From Octopus vulgaris (Eukaryota): a stretch of DNA of 64,000 nucleotides. The notes under the pieces are model-generated. The model searched no databases, was not told where the DNA came from, and saw only the letters and a list, made by a program, of their open reading frames with translations. Positions within the stretch are counted from its first letter, which is position 1. The number at the start of each line of letters is the position of its first letter. The position numbers were made by a program, and so were the translations under genes. The stretch is taken from NCBI GenBank assembly GCA_951406725.2, contig OX597823.1, positions 89,838,001-89,902,000 of the forward strand. The letters run 5' to 3'. Positions 38,591-51,454 of the stretch are shown here, piece after piece.

Positions 38591-38716
38591 CTCTTTTATA
38601 AACATGTAGTCAAAAACTTGGCCTTTCGGTGGGAAAGGATTCAAGTATGGTTTCATTGGTGGCTCAAGACAATCTATAAGACCTAGCATGGATCGTGTTC
38701 CCTCAGTCATTCCTCC
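38591..38716 (-). CDS. DNAH7: Dynein heavy chain exon
   Basis: AG/GT, 126 nt, phase 0/0; GGMTEGTRSMLG...PFPPKGQVFDYMFIKE. Confidence 0.9.
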
Positions 38717-39296
38717 CTATAAACAATAGACATGTATGTATGTATATACATATATAATGGGGTTGTTTTGGCGAAGCATTTATGTGATATTACTTTAAAG
38801 AGATTTGTTGTGTAAGGCCAGAACAACGTGAGAAGGTACAAAGTCAACTACAGAAGGAAAACAAAACAAAACAAAAAAATAAAACAAATTTATAGTTTTA
38901 AGTTATATTTCAGGGCTATAACCCTTTCTTCAGGACAATTGGAAAAGTGAGAATTGAAAAGTCATTGTTCAGATGTTTTGCAGAGGAAGGAGGAAGTGGG
39001 GAGGAAGATGACATGCTAAAATTGGTAGTTTACTTTGTACATTTCATGCATTATTCCAGCTTTACACAAATTTCTTTAAAATATGTAACTACATGTGGAC
39101 TGTTGGCGATTTTTTTCCCTCCATCTTTCTTTTCTCTTGGACTTTCCTCTGTCTTCTGTTTCTGAAGAAGAGCTTTGCTCAAAACATAAATCACCCTTTC
39201 TTTCCTTCTCTGCATGTCTTATTAATACTTTGTATGTACCATGTCTTCACTTTGTTGTTTTTTTCTTTTTGTCTTTTATCTCCGTTTCTTTTTTAT

Positions 39297-39338
<42 letters not shown>

Positions 39339-39481
39339 TTTAGTATTAAGTATTGGAAAAATGTGTACTTAACACCATGGTACAGATTAATAACATATTA
39401 TATTTTGATCAAGTTAATTTCTTGCTATTTTAAGTTTCACCTGTAGGCACACAGGATCTTCAAACAAGTTATGACATAAAA

Positions 39482-39551
<70 letters not shown>

Positions 39552-39962
39552 CATACATATATATATCCTTTTAGATACAGTGGATCTCAAAGCACAAAAA
39601 CTAGAAATAACAGTATGTAAATATTAGGTTGGAAAACACTTTTGGATAGAAAAAAATTGAAGGCAGAACAAACAGCATAAATAGGTTTCATTGAGACTAA
39701 TTGTACCACCTAAATAACAGTGACAACTTCTACCATATAGTTTCAACAATCCATGTCTGCTGATGCTACTAAGCACTATGGGTGCCTTTAGTTTTGCTTC
39801 CCTCAGCCAGCCATCATGAGATTGTACAGTATCTCCTGTACATCTATAATTTACAATAACAACTTAAACATTGGCTTTTTATCTTTCCTGTCTGTTTCCT
39901 TTCTGTCTGCGTACAAAATAAAGTAGTTTTCTTGAAAGCTACACAAGTAGAAAAATACTTAC

Positions 39963-40058
39963 CGCAATCAGTTCTCTTAATAAATTGTCAAACTTCACTC
40001 TTCCCTTTTCGTCAGTACTGGCACCGAGGGACCAAGTAATGGAAAAAAAAAATATGCA
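39963..40058 (-). CDS. DNAH7: Dynein heavy chain exon (AAA2 lid)
   Basis: AG/GT, 96 nt; CIFFFSITWSLGASTDEKGRVKFDNLLRELIA. Confidence 0.9.
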
Positions 40059-40132
40059 CTAGAAAAATAAAAAATGAAAAATACAAAAAAATGTCAATTT
40101 CAATTATTATTAATATTTATTATTATTATCAT

Positions 40133-40167
<35 letters not shown>

Positions 40168-40217
40168 TAATTATTATTATTATTATTGGTGTTGTTGTTG
40201 TTGTTGTTATTATTATC

Positions 40218-40765
40218 ATTGAGTGAGAGGGTAGCACATGCCATCAAAGTGACACCGGGGTGAAATATACAAAGCCCAGTATACCCATCATGACTACCCG
40301 TCTGATAAGGGTACACCAGGCACATGCATCACAACCATATGTGCACGACATGGTGATCTCATAACAGCGCATGACCTTGCGGGTGGAGCCCAGTTGTAAT
40401 TTTCTTCTGGTCGAGTAACCCATCCTGCTCAAAAGGTCCCTTAATAAGGGTTAAGGATGTTGAACGAAACACCCATGTTTCCAGAGGTGAATTATTCAAA
40501 CCCCAAAGAATCCCTCTCAACACATGGCTATGATGCTCCCCCATTACTTCTGCTTGTGATCAGAGATGCACATATCATCAGCCACCAGGGGACATGCTCA
40601 ACTGGTTAAGGTCAAACAACTGACAAGCAAATCTGTGGTACTGAGCAGAATATTTGCTGTAGCCCAACTTTTATACCAAGACAAAACAATGTACATGATA
40701 ACACTTCCGATCAGTTAAGATCAGAAGCCAAGAGAGCCTCTGCCTGGTACTGCATCAGGGCATTT
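40218..40765 (-). mobile_element. Non-coding ~550 bp interspersed repeat (family F) embedded in a (TAA)n array
   Basis: Second copy at ~57985-58490; (TAA/CAA)n on both sides. Confidence 0.75.
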
Positions 40766-40922
40766 ATTATTATTATCATTATCATTATTATTGTTATTAT
40801 CATTATTATTATTATTATTGTTGTTGTTATTGTTATTATCATTATTATTATTGTTATTATTATTATTGTTGTTATTATCATTATTGTTGTTGTTGTTGTT
40901 ATTATTATTATTATATGTCAAA

Positions 40923-41417
40923 CTAGAGTGTTACCTGTCATATGACAAGTAACTTTGGAAATTTATCTTTACCACCATAGCATACAGGGAATATAACATA
41001 TATACAGGGATTATAATTCACTTTTTATCAAATTTACTGGTACTTATACAAAACGATGAAATGAATAAGAAAAGTATTTATTCCCTTAAAGTTAAATAAA
41101 ACAAATTCCTCATTTTGTATAATTCCTCCCATAACTACCCCGTTGATTATTCCTCTTCTTCCTTCCCCTCCATCTCTGCCTCTGTGATTCTTTAGTTCTT
41201 ACTCTCTGTGTATACAGCATCCCTTTACACATTGCCTGCCATCAAACCTTGTATGTGCACTCATCTTGCACCTCTTATGTCAACTTGCTTTGTATCTCTT
41301 TCTTACTATCTCTCCTCTTCCCTATATATGATATAAACCATGACTGGAGAAACCAACCAACCAACCAACCAACCAACCAGCCAGCCAACATATATATTGG
41401 TTATTACTATATAGAGA
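40923..41417 (-). mobile_element. Non-autonomous Helitron
   Basis: 5' A|TCTCTATATAG; 3' hairpin GTTACTTGTCA-TA-TGACAGGTAAC followed by CTAG|T. Confidence 0.75.
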
Positions 41418-41582
41418 TATACTTAAATATAAGGAACAGGGTTAATGGTATTAGACAGTGAACCCTTCTCAGTATACTCATCAGCTTTTACAGATACATT
41501 TAAAAATATTAAGTCAACATCATCAATTTTAATGTCCACTTTTCCATGCTTGCACGGGTCAGGCAAGATTCAATGTGGCAAA

Positions 41583-41963
41583 TTTTCTTATTTCTTTACT
41601 GCTACACACAGAGGGGACAAACAAGGACAGACAAACGGATTAAGTTGATTATATCCACCCCGAAAGGATGAAAGGCAAAGTCGACCTCGGCGGAATTTGA
41701 ACTCAGAATACAGTGGCAGACAAAATACCTATTTTTTTTTTACTACCCACAAGGGACTAAACACAGAGAGGACAAACAAGGACAGATAAATGGATTAAGT
41801 CGATTATATCGAACCTCAGTGCGTAACTGGTACTTATTTAATCGACCCCAAAAGGATGAAAGGCAAAGTTGACCTCGGCGGAATTTGAACTCAGAACGTA
41901 GTGGCAGACGAAATACCGCAAGGCATTTCGCCCAACGTGCAAACATTTCTGCCATCTCGCCGC
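41583..41963 (-). mobile_element. Tandem dimer of SINE family A
   Basis: Same junction position as the 2436-2857 dimer. Confidence 0.8.
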
Positions 41964-42176
41964 TTTCTTATTGTGGCAGATTGTCTATGACCTTGATACC
42001 CTTCCTGTTGCAAACCCTCACCTATTTCCAAGCAAGACAATATTTCCTGATGCTCGGACATGTTTCCACAGAAGACTGAAAACAAGGGACTCCATTTGTA
42101 TGATGGTGACACTTGTTTGTAACCATTCTGTGATGTTAAGACAAGGGAACACAAACACATATACATACACACATGT

Positions 42177-42227
<51 letters not shown>

Positions 42228-42593
42228 TATGTGCTTGTGTCTCCATGCTCCATGGATAATTATGAATGAGTGTCATTCTCATACAAATGGGGTTCTTCAT
42301 TTCCAGTCTTCTACAAAAACACATTCACCTCCCCCGATGTTCAGAGTTCAAATAATGTCCAAATCTATTTTGCCATTCATAAATTCTGAAATCAATAAAA
42401 TATGTGCCCGTTGATCAAATAAATAATCATTGATTATGTAAATACCATGGGCTGACATCATCAATTTGTATGCTAAGGGTAATGTTGGATTATGGCTATA
42501 ATCCAATGATTGAAACTAATAAATGAACAAAAGAAAATAAAAGAATATAAAGAAAAAAAGGAACAAATAAAATAGAAAAAGAAAGAATCATAC

Positions 42594-42725
42594 TTCAAGC
42601 CAATTAGAAATTTCCCGCACATCTCTCTGTGCGATGCATGCTTCATCATTGAATTCCTCAAGCATGCAATCCATCAGATTCATTAAGGATTTCACCAAAT
42701 TGCTAGCTGTAGTTGGAGACAATTC
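42594..42725 (-). CDS. DNAH7: Dynein heavy chain exon
   Basis: AG/GT, 132 nt; ELSPTTASNLVKSLMNLMDCMLEEFNDE...SNWLE. Confidence 0.9.
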
Positions 42726-43922
42726 CTGTCAAAAGATTGTATTGCAACGATATCATTTTCATTTGTTTATATTACCTAATTTTTTTGTTTTATATTTCAA
42801 ATGCTTCTATCAGTTATGTTTATCTAGATAAGTCCTTCTCAACTGAGGTCCCCACAACCCTTACGGATCCATATAAGATATTGTTGTTAACATTTATGTG
42901 CAATGGATTGGCTTTATTTCTACAATGCACAAAGTCATCATCATCATTATTGTTTAATGTCCGCTTTCCATGCTAGCATGGGTTGGATGGTTCGACTGGG
43001 GTCTGCACCAGGCCCAGTCTGATCTGGCAGTGTTTCTACAGCTGGATGCCCTTCCTAACGTCAACCACTCCGTGAGTGTAGTGGGTGCTTTTTACGTGCC
43101 ACCGGCACTAAAAAGTTATTTTAAATAAAATTTCTTATAATATTTAATTATAAAAATATGAGTATCCACTACACTCTTGGAGTGGTTGGTGTTAGGAAGG
43201 GCATCCAGCTGTAGAAACTCTGTCAGATCAGATTGGAGCCTGGTGCAGCCATCTGGTTTGCCAGTCCTCAGTAAAATCGTCCAACCCATGCCAGCATGGA
43301 AAGCGGACGTTAAATGATGATGATGATACTTTAAATATCAAATGGCTATGAGGATCAATCCGAGTGAAATGGGTATCAAAGGAGTCCATAGGTAAGAAAT
43401 GGTTGTGAACCACTGATCTAGGTGGATGGACTATGATATAGAGGGAGCTAATAAAGCACTCTGATACTTTACTAAAACTATATAAACAAGTGAAACCACT
43501 GCCACCACCACCATCAACAGCATTTTGCGTCAGTTTTGCCATTACTGGATTGGATCAGAGGAGTTGTGTCACTCACTGTGGTCTGTATCATAAGCTACTC
43601 ACAGCAACATAGAGAGACCAACCAGCTTTGTAGTTGTGTATGTTTTGATAATGTGAACTGGGTGAATTTTGTCATGCTAAAGGGCATAGTGAAGCTGTCA
43701 CATGTATAATGGACTAGAGTCTCCATCTACCCTGTATCAGTGCTTATTCAGGGTAACCATCCTCCTAAATGGGTAGCCCATGATGTGGCTTGCAAAGTCA
43801 GTTTTGCTTGTATGTGCTATTAGAGCTTTTATTTGTTTTGGCAAATTTCTGTGGCTGAGCAGCCTTCCTATTCATAGCCATTTGAAAATGAGGTAAAGGT
43901 AAAAAAAACAAAGTCTACAAAC

Positions 43923-44102
43923 CTTGACACAGCCTTTTGAAATCAACAGCAAACTGACATCAACGAATCTTTCAAAGAGATCAGTAATGATACTCTTGTA
44001 GGTAGCATCCAATGTCGGGGGTAGAGAGTTTAGCCAAGATAATAGCAGAGGACGCCAGCCAAGGGACAGGGGTTCCATGTAAATCATACCACAACGAGAG
44101 AC
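43923..44102 (-). CDS. DNAH7: Dynein heavy chain exon (AAA2)
   Basis: AG/GT; VSRCGMIYMEPLSLGWRPLLLSWL...KGCVK. Confidence 0.95.
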
Positions 44103-44340
44103 CTGGAAAACAATGAATGGATGCCTTAAGTATTGTTAATATATTTAAGAAAGAAGGCGGTGAGCTGGCAGAGTCATTAGCATACTGGTCATTACATTCT
44201 GAGTTCAACTCTGACTTCCACCCTTTCAGGGTTGATAAAATAAGCACCATTTGAACACTAGGGTCAATTTAATCAACTAAGCCCCTTCCCCAAATCTGCT
44301 GGCTTGTGCTGAAATTTTAAACCACTATGTATATATATAT

Positions 44341-44598
44341 ATAAAATCAAAATAAGCAACAAGGATATCCAGAGGTAATAGCAGTACAATCGTTTCCTGC
44401 AACTCCATTTAATTGAACAATGCAATCACTTCATTACATCCTTCTAATTGAATTAAATTCTATGTCTTTCTGCAGCTGAAGATTGCTCTACATTTTAAAT
44501 TGATGTAATGAAATGATTGCATTGTTCAATTAAATGGAGTTGCGTGAAACGATCGTACTGCATTACCTCTGGATATCATTGTTGCTTATTTTGATTTT
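44341..44598. repeat. Inverted repeat (~100-bp arms) carrying a hammerhead
   Basis: 44341-44440 is the reverse complement of ~44502-44598. Confidence 0.9.
44471..44562 (+). ncRNA. Type I hammerhead ribozyme motif
   Basis: TGCAG-CTGAAGA-[stem II region]-GAAAC-GATC-GTA-CTGCA; palindromic stem III ACGATCGT. Confidence 0.75.
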
Positions 44599-44711
44599 AA
44601 TCACCTTATTTTGAAATTGTATGGATAATACCGTACTAAATTCTGGTGCCTCAACTTAGGTACTATACTCATCTGAATCTAAATTTTATATATATATATA
44701 TATGTATATGT

Positions 44712-45093
44712 ATATAAGAGCAACGGTGAGAGAAACGTGTGGCGTGGGACTGTTTGATAAGAGGAGGGCTGGGGATTTGATAGGGATGCTGGGGTTGGAG
44801 GAATCAGCGGAGCGGCTGGCAAGGGTGAATGGAGTGCAGTCATATGGGCATGTGTTGAGGAGGATGAATAGCATGTTCTGAAGAGGGTGCTAGAGTTTGA
44901 GGTAAATAGACAGTGAAAGTGAGGTAGACTGAGGAAAATTTGTAGGGGACAGGTGGTATAGGAGATTGGGAGGCTTGGCTTGAGAAGGGAGGACACCCCA
45001 AACTAAGCAAAATGGCGAGATGGTGTGAGGATGGTTGCTATGACACTGTGGTAGATCCGGCCACCCCTGGATCTAAAGTGATTGATGATGATG
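44712..45093 (+). mobile_element. RTE-clade LINE 3' fragment
   Basis: Degenerate HVLKRVLEFEV...GR.RK...GL.RED...AKWRDGV peptide; (GAT)n tail. Confidence 0.65.
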
Positions 45094-46274
45094 AGGAAGA
45101 TATATATGTGAAATTCCCCTAAAATGATGGCTTTGTGCCAAAATTTGAAACCAGTATATATACTGGAATGGTAGGGTGATAGATTGGCAGATGCTTTAAA
45201 GTGTCATAAGAAAAATGCTTTATAAGTATTTGCTCTGGTTCTTTATTATCTGAGTTCAAATCCAGTTGGGTTCATTTATACTTTTCTTCTTTTCAGGTTG
45301 ATAAAATAAAAGTAGCTGTCAAGTTCAAGTAATAATGCAAAAACTCCATAATTAATTGTCTGTTGAGATTGTTATGTGTATCTTAACATGTTTTTATACA
45401 CAAAGTCTACATGGAAAATTTGTTCCCTGAAACAAAATCCACTGAGAATGTCATTGAACAGCAATGTTAAACACTTTATTCTGTCCAGATAACATCCACA
45501 TCATGATTGTCATTGCAGCTGGTCCCTTCTTGAAAACATTCTTCAATTGTTCTGGCAATCCAATTGACAGACACATCAACAACACCCCACAACACCACTG
45601 CATCTTAAGATCCATATTTCTCCCACTCAGTCCAGGCAAACAAACAAACCACATAGCATCATTAATCCCAAATGCAATGCTTGGATACACATCATTGGTA
45701 ATAGGTGCAGAAGAGAAAAATGGTCACCCTCTGACCGAGTTCCCCTTCTGCTTCTGTTGTAAACCTACAGATTTACTGAAACAGACTGGACAGTGGATAG
45801 AGTACATGTCCAGACTATCACAATGCAAGACATGCAATCATTTGCATGTCAGAATGTGCAGTGCAGCTCCCAACAAGATGGAGGTGTGACTTTGCTGAAA
45901 GTATGAGCTGCACTTGGTTGCTTCAGTGGATACCTCTGTGCCACGGGTCTGCAGCCTACCTTGATCAAAGTCAACTTGGGACTAAACAGCAGTGACAATA
46001 AAAAACAACAATAACACTAGAGAGGATAATAGAAAGAATATAACTTATAAAAGCTATCACAATGCACCATGAACTCTGCATATAAGAAAGCATGATAAAG
46101 CCCTCAACTATAGAGATGTGTGGGATATCCAGCATGATTTGCACCCAGTTATGTTGATAGTCTTCCTATGTACCATAGGTCTACTCAATCAGTGTCAATT
46201 TGGGGCTACATTACCACTGCCACCACCACCACCACTGCCACAACCACAACAACAATAACAGCCACAGCAGCAGC

Positions 46275-46342
46275 AAGAAGAAGAAGAAGAAGAAGAAGTA
46301 GGAGAAGAAGAAGAAGAAGAAGAAGAAGGCGAAGTAGAAGAA

Positions 46343-46377
<35 letters not shown>

Positions 46378-46427
46378 AGAAGAAGAAGAAGAAGAAGAAG
46401 AAGAAGAAGAAGAAGAAGAAGAAGAAG

Positions 46428-46456
<29 letters not shown>
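46275..46456. repeat. (GAA)n microsatellite just downstream of the exon donor
   Basis: Long trinucleotide run. Confidence 0.97.
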
Positions 46457-46458
<2 letters not shown>

Positions 46459-46477
46459 CAAAGGTGTCCTATTTTAC

Positions 46478-46660
46478 CGTTGCAGGAGATGCTGCTTCTA
46501 AGTCCATTGGCTCAAATATAAGGTTTGTCGTTGGAGCCAGTTGAATAATCTCTCCACTCATCAGACACAACTTCTTGTTGTCGTCCAATACAGTATTCAT
46601 ATTCTCTATCCATATGGCATCAACAGGCCCATCAAATAGAAGCCACTTGCGGTCTGGAGT
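46478..46660 (-). CDS. DNAH7: Dynein heavy chain exon (AAA2)
   Basis: AG/GT; [41 protein letters not shown]...ASPAT. Confidence 0.96.
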
Positions 46661-49394
46661 CTGCAAAAAGAGATATGGCACAATAAACAAACAAAGCAAC
46701 TTGATTAGAGAAAAAAAAATTATCATCATCACCACCACCACCACCAACATGACCATGACCATCATCATCATCATCATCATTGGGATGGTACAAGAGCCAG
46801 CCAGGCCGAAGCCTGCACAAGTCTTCCATAACTGTTTTGGCAGGATTTTTACAGCTGGATGCCCTTCCTAACACCAACCACTCAGCAGTGTGGACTTAGA
46901 GCTTTTTACGTGGCACAAGCACAGGCGAGGTCGGTTTTGGCAAGGTTTTTACAGCTGGATGCCTTTCCAAACACCAACCACTTTACAGTGTGGGCCGAGT
47001 ACTTTTACGTAGCACCTGCACTGACAGGGTCACCAAGTACTTGCAAGACAAAAACTTTTAAGAAGGGAGGAGGCATTGGAGGAGGTGATGATGAAAAGGT
47101 TATAGTGAGACAGATACAGGTGTCTTGCAGTAGAGGAAGTACGGGTTTACCCAGCCAGAGAGAGAAAGATCAGGAATGAAGACAGAAACAGGTGTGCCAC
47201 TGCAAAGAAAATACATGGTTGACCAACCTGAGGGAAGGGCAGGAGAGAGAGAGAGAGTGGGAGACCACAGGATAGAGATGGTGGCAAAATGCCAAGCATA
47301 CTCCCAAGAAATGGGGAAAAGCGAATTATTTGATTCGCTTTTCAATTATTGTATGGTAAATATAATAATGAAAACAACAACAACATAATAGTAGTAGTAG
47401 TAGTAGTAGAAGCAGTAGCAGCAGTAATTGTCACAAATTTTTGTGCAAGCCAGTAATTTTTTAGGGAGAGGTGGGACCTCATCTTTGTGTGTGTGTGTGT
47501 GTGTGTGTGTGTGGTCACTGTAATTGACTATACCCCTACTAAAATTACTGACCTTCTTGAGTTAGTCTAAATCAGGAAACATAGGTGACAAACAGACAGA
47601 ATCCTTTGAGTGTTGGATAAAATGCTAAGTGGCATTTCTTCTGGCTCTGTATATTCTAAGTTGGAAATCCTGCCAAGGTCACCTTTGCCTTCTCTTCTTT
47701 TGAGGTTGATAAAATGAAGCACCAGTCAAACACTGAGATTGGTGGTATTGAGTAGCCCCACTTCCCATGATTGGCCTTGTGTGAAGATTTGAAACCATTG
47801 ATATTAGGGTGGTGGACTGACAGAATCATTAGAGCATGTGACAAAATACCTTGTGGTATTTTATCTGACTCATTAGATGTTCTACTGTAATCCCAGGCCA
47901 ACTAAAGTCATGTGAACAGATCAGGTAGATGGAAAGTGAAATAATTCTGTTGTGTATCTAACTACCTATATACATCATCATCGTCGTTTAACGTCTGTTT
48001 TCCATGCTAGCATGGGTTGGACGGTTTGACTGGGGTCTGGGAAGCCAGCAGGCAGCACCAGGCTCCATTCTGATCAATCAAGGTTTCTACAGCTGGTTGC
48101 CCTTCCTAATGCCAATCACTCTGAGAGTGTAGTGGATGCTTTTTACATGCCACCAGCACGAGGGCCAGTTGATTACATTCAGATGGTGCTTTTTATGTCC
48201 CACTGGCACAGGGAGCTAGTCAGGCAGCACTGGCATCGACCCACACTTGAATAGTTCTTATTACATGCCACCAGATTGGGTGCTAGTCAGGCGGCACTGG
48301 CATCGGCCACAACTACAATTTCCATTTTGATTTCGATCTTGATTTGCTTTTGGTTTTTGATTTTACTTGACTCAGTAGGTCTTCTCAAGCATAGCGTATC
48401 GCTCAGTGATTCAAGGGTACTTTTAAATGGGCTGGTTAAATGGGCTTACTTATAAAATTTGCAAATGTCCAACAAATGGGAATGTGAAACTCTAAGTAAT
48501 AGTTCTATGACTGCTCAGGTGGTGTCATTAATTTCCAATCATCATCATCATCATCGTTTAACATCTGTTCTCCATGCTAGCATGGGTTGGACGGTTCGAC
48601 CGGGGGATCTGGGAAGCCAGAATGCTGCACCAGGCTCCAGTCTGATCTGGCAGTGTTTCTACAGCTGGATGCCCTTCCTAACGCCAACCACTCCGTGAGT
48701 GTAGTGGGTGATTTTTACGTGCCACCTGCACAAGTGCCAGGCGAGGCTGGCAATGGCCACGATCGGATTGGTACATTTTACATGCCACCGGCACGAAAGC
48801 CAGTCAAGGTGTCGCTGGCATCGGCCACGATTGGGATGGTGCTTTTTACGTGCCACCGGCACAGAAGCCAGTCTAGGCGGCAATCTGCCATGAAAACATG
48901 CTTAAAAACAGGTGTGGGCTGGCAAATGGAAGGGCATTGGCTGTAGAAAATATGTCTTAATGAATCTCGTCTGATTGATACAAAACAATGATAATGATGA
49001 TGATGAAGAGGATCATAGTGGTGGTGGTGGTGGTGGTGGTGTAGCAGTGATGGTGTTGATAATGAATAGTGATTACATTTACAACATGAATGACTTTCTC
49101 AAGAACATGCTACAACACCACTCAGCTGAGGGGTTTTGTTATGCAAGTTGATTGGTGACCTCACTAGTGCTGGTGCATCCAGCCAAAGAAACAGTACCTA
49201 AGTAGATGCTGCAGCTTGGTACAGTCTTTTGGCTCATTGGCTCCAGTTAAACTGCCCAACCTACGCCAGCGTGGAAAACGGATGTTAACAGATAATGATG
49301 GTGACCACAGTGATGATGATGATAATGACAAGGATGATTGAAGTCACAAAATAAGGAAAAAAACAACCAAAGCAAACTTAAAACCCTCACTAAC

Positions 49395-49544
49395 CTGTGA
49401 CACAGCAAAACTCCTGTAGGACACTGCAAGGACACCATCTGACCATTCATGTGAAACAGCATCAAACTGACCATAGAGTTGACCCATAGTCACTGCTTTG
49501 GGGTTTATCACAAGGATCTGGACTTTATTTTCTTCCATTAGACC
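49395..49544 (-). CDS. DNAH7: Dynein heavy chain exon (AAA2)
   Basis: AG/GT; [40 protein letters not shown]. Confidence 0.95.
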
Positions 49545-49590
49545 CTGGAAAGAAAAGACCCCACCAAAAAATTATTATTATTATTATTAT

Positions 49591-51040
49591 TCATATACAC
49601 ACAACAGATTAGACTTGGAAAATAAAATTTCTTATATCAAGCTACAACAAATAACCTTAGATACCAAGAATCCGCCTAAGTATCTGAGCTGTCACTAATA
49701 ACACTGTTTTCTGGAGCTGTACTAAACTGGTTTATATGCCTGTATTCTCTATCCATCTGTTCAAATCTTTAAGGACAGTTCCTAATGCATCTATGACTAC
49801 TGGAATACATTTTACCCACACTTTCCATAGTCTCTGTAATTCAATGGCTAGATCCTGGTACTTTGCTATTTTTTTCTATACCTCTCATATTGTTTTTTTT
49901 CATCATTTGAGATTGTAAAGTCAATTATCTGACACTTTCTATTCTCTTTGTCTTCTACAACTAAATCAGGCCTTCTAGCTTCTATTTACTTTATCAATCT
50001 GAATGTTAAAGTCCCACATCTTATATTTCTTACTTTCTAGTACTTTATTAGATTCATGTTCATACTATTTATCAGTATGGTCAAATCCTAGCTTTCTACA
50101 TAACACCTAGTGGGTTAATCTCCCTAAGTTTTCATGTCTTTTTTTTGTATTCTTTCTGTTTCAGCATGCTACATTCACTTAATATATGAGAAACACTTTC
50201 CTCTTTTGATTTGCATAACCTACACAGGGAATCTACTCGGTTTTTGTCTGTCTTGGCTTTTATCCAATTAGTCCTTAATGCTTGATCTAGTGCTGCTTTT
50301 AACAAACTCTCTGTCTTTTTTTTCAGCCTTCCTTTCTGCAACTATAACCATATCTCACTACTACTATTTGCTGCAACTTCTTTGGGAATCTACCATGCAA
50401 AGCGTTCTCTTGTTGTTCAGATAACTTTTATTCTTTTTACTGGTTTTTAATTTCATTTGTTTTTTTTGGTTTCCCTATGTCTTGCTGTGACTCTAGCAGC
50501 TCTTAATAAACTTTCTTCACTGTTACCTACATAGGATTCTATATCTACTCTAGCTAACTCCACACAGTCTTCTACTGATATTAACCCTCTTCCACCTTCC
50601 TTTCTATGTAAGTATAATCTTGCTACTCCTGCCCGTGGGTGGAGTCCTTCATTCATATTGAATTCCTTCCTAGTTCTTCTGTCTAGCTTTGCTAATTCAG
50701 TTTTTGTCCAATCTATAAAAGCTGCTGAGTATTTAAGTAATGATACTGCCCAAGTATTTACAGCCTTCATTAGATTCGGACCATTTAACCTTGACTTCAT
50801 TAGCTTCTTTACTCTTCTGATGTACTCCTTCTCAATTTTCATTTTCATTTCTATAGCTAGTATTGTCAGATTCTAATACACCTAGATACCTAGAACCCTC
50901 TCCTTCTTTTAATGATTATAATGCCTGGTCATCTGGTAATTGGATGCCTTCACTGTTGACTACCTGTCCCCTTTTTCATGACAAATATTGCACACTTATC
51001 TATGCCAAATTCCATGCCTATATTTTTGCTGAAGAGCCCC
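49591..51040 (-). mobile_element. Degenerate R4/Dong-type LINE (RT C-terminus, CCHC knuckle, RLE)
   Basis: IGMEFGIDKC, YLGVLE, RLYLHRKEGGRGL, CRLC..EESVSHILSEC and RRPDLVV motifs; ends in (TAA)n at 49571-49590. Confidence 0.85.
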
Positions 51041-51340
51041 TATTTAACTCCTCTTGTTATCAGCAGCGTGACTACGGTATGTAGCATGCAGGAAAGCCCT
51101 TGAGTTTGTCACCCCTCCCCAGGGTCCCCAAGCCTATACAGACATATACAGCAGACCCAAAAGCACCACCCCTACAAAAACATTACCTGAGGCTGATTTC
51201 CCCCACTCTTGCCCCCTCCTATCTATGCTTCTGCTTGCTATGGCTCTGGTTACAATCCAAGACTACCACAACTGAACTTTCCTTCAAAATATGATAACAT
51301 AGACAAAGGAAACACTGTAAGCATAATTGGGTCTTCTTAC

Positions 51341-51454
51341 CTTTTCACAGATGTCACCCAGAGCACCAGCAAGAGTTCGATATGAGCTTGTTTTCCCACC
51401 AAATGGTTCACCAACAATCATGAAGCCGTGACGGACAATCATCATCTCATAGAC
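51341..51454 (-). CDS. DNAH7: Dynein heavy chain exon (AAA2 P-loop)
   Basis: AG/GT; [38 protein letters not shown]. Confidence 0.95.

Noticed and set aside
45380-46000. ORF 45464-45889 as an independent gene
   Set aside because: No recognisable domain or splice context; more likely a decayed retroelement that I cannot classify
46168-46521. Poly-Arg, protamine-like ORF
   Set aside because: Translation of a (GAA)n microsatellite, antisense within an intron
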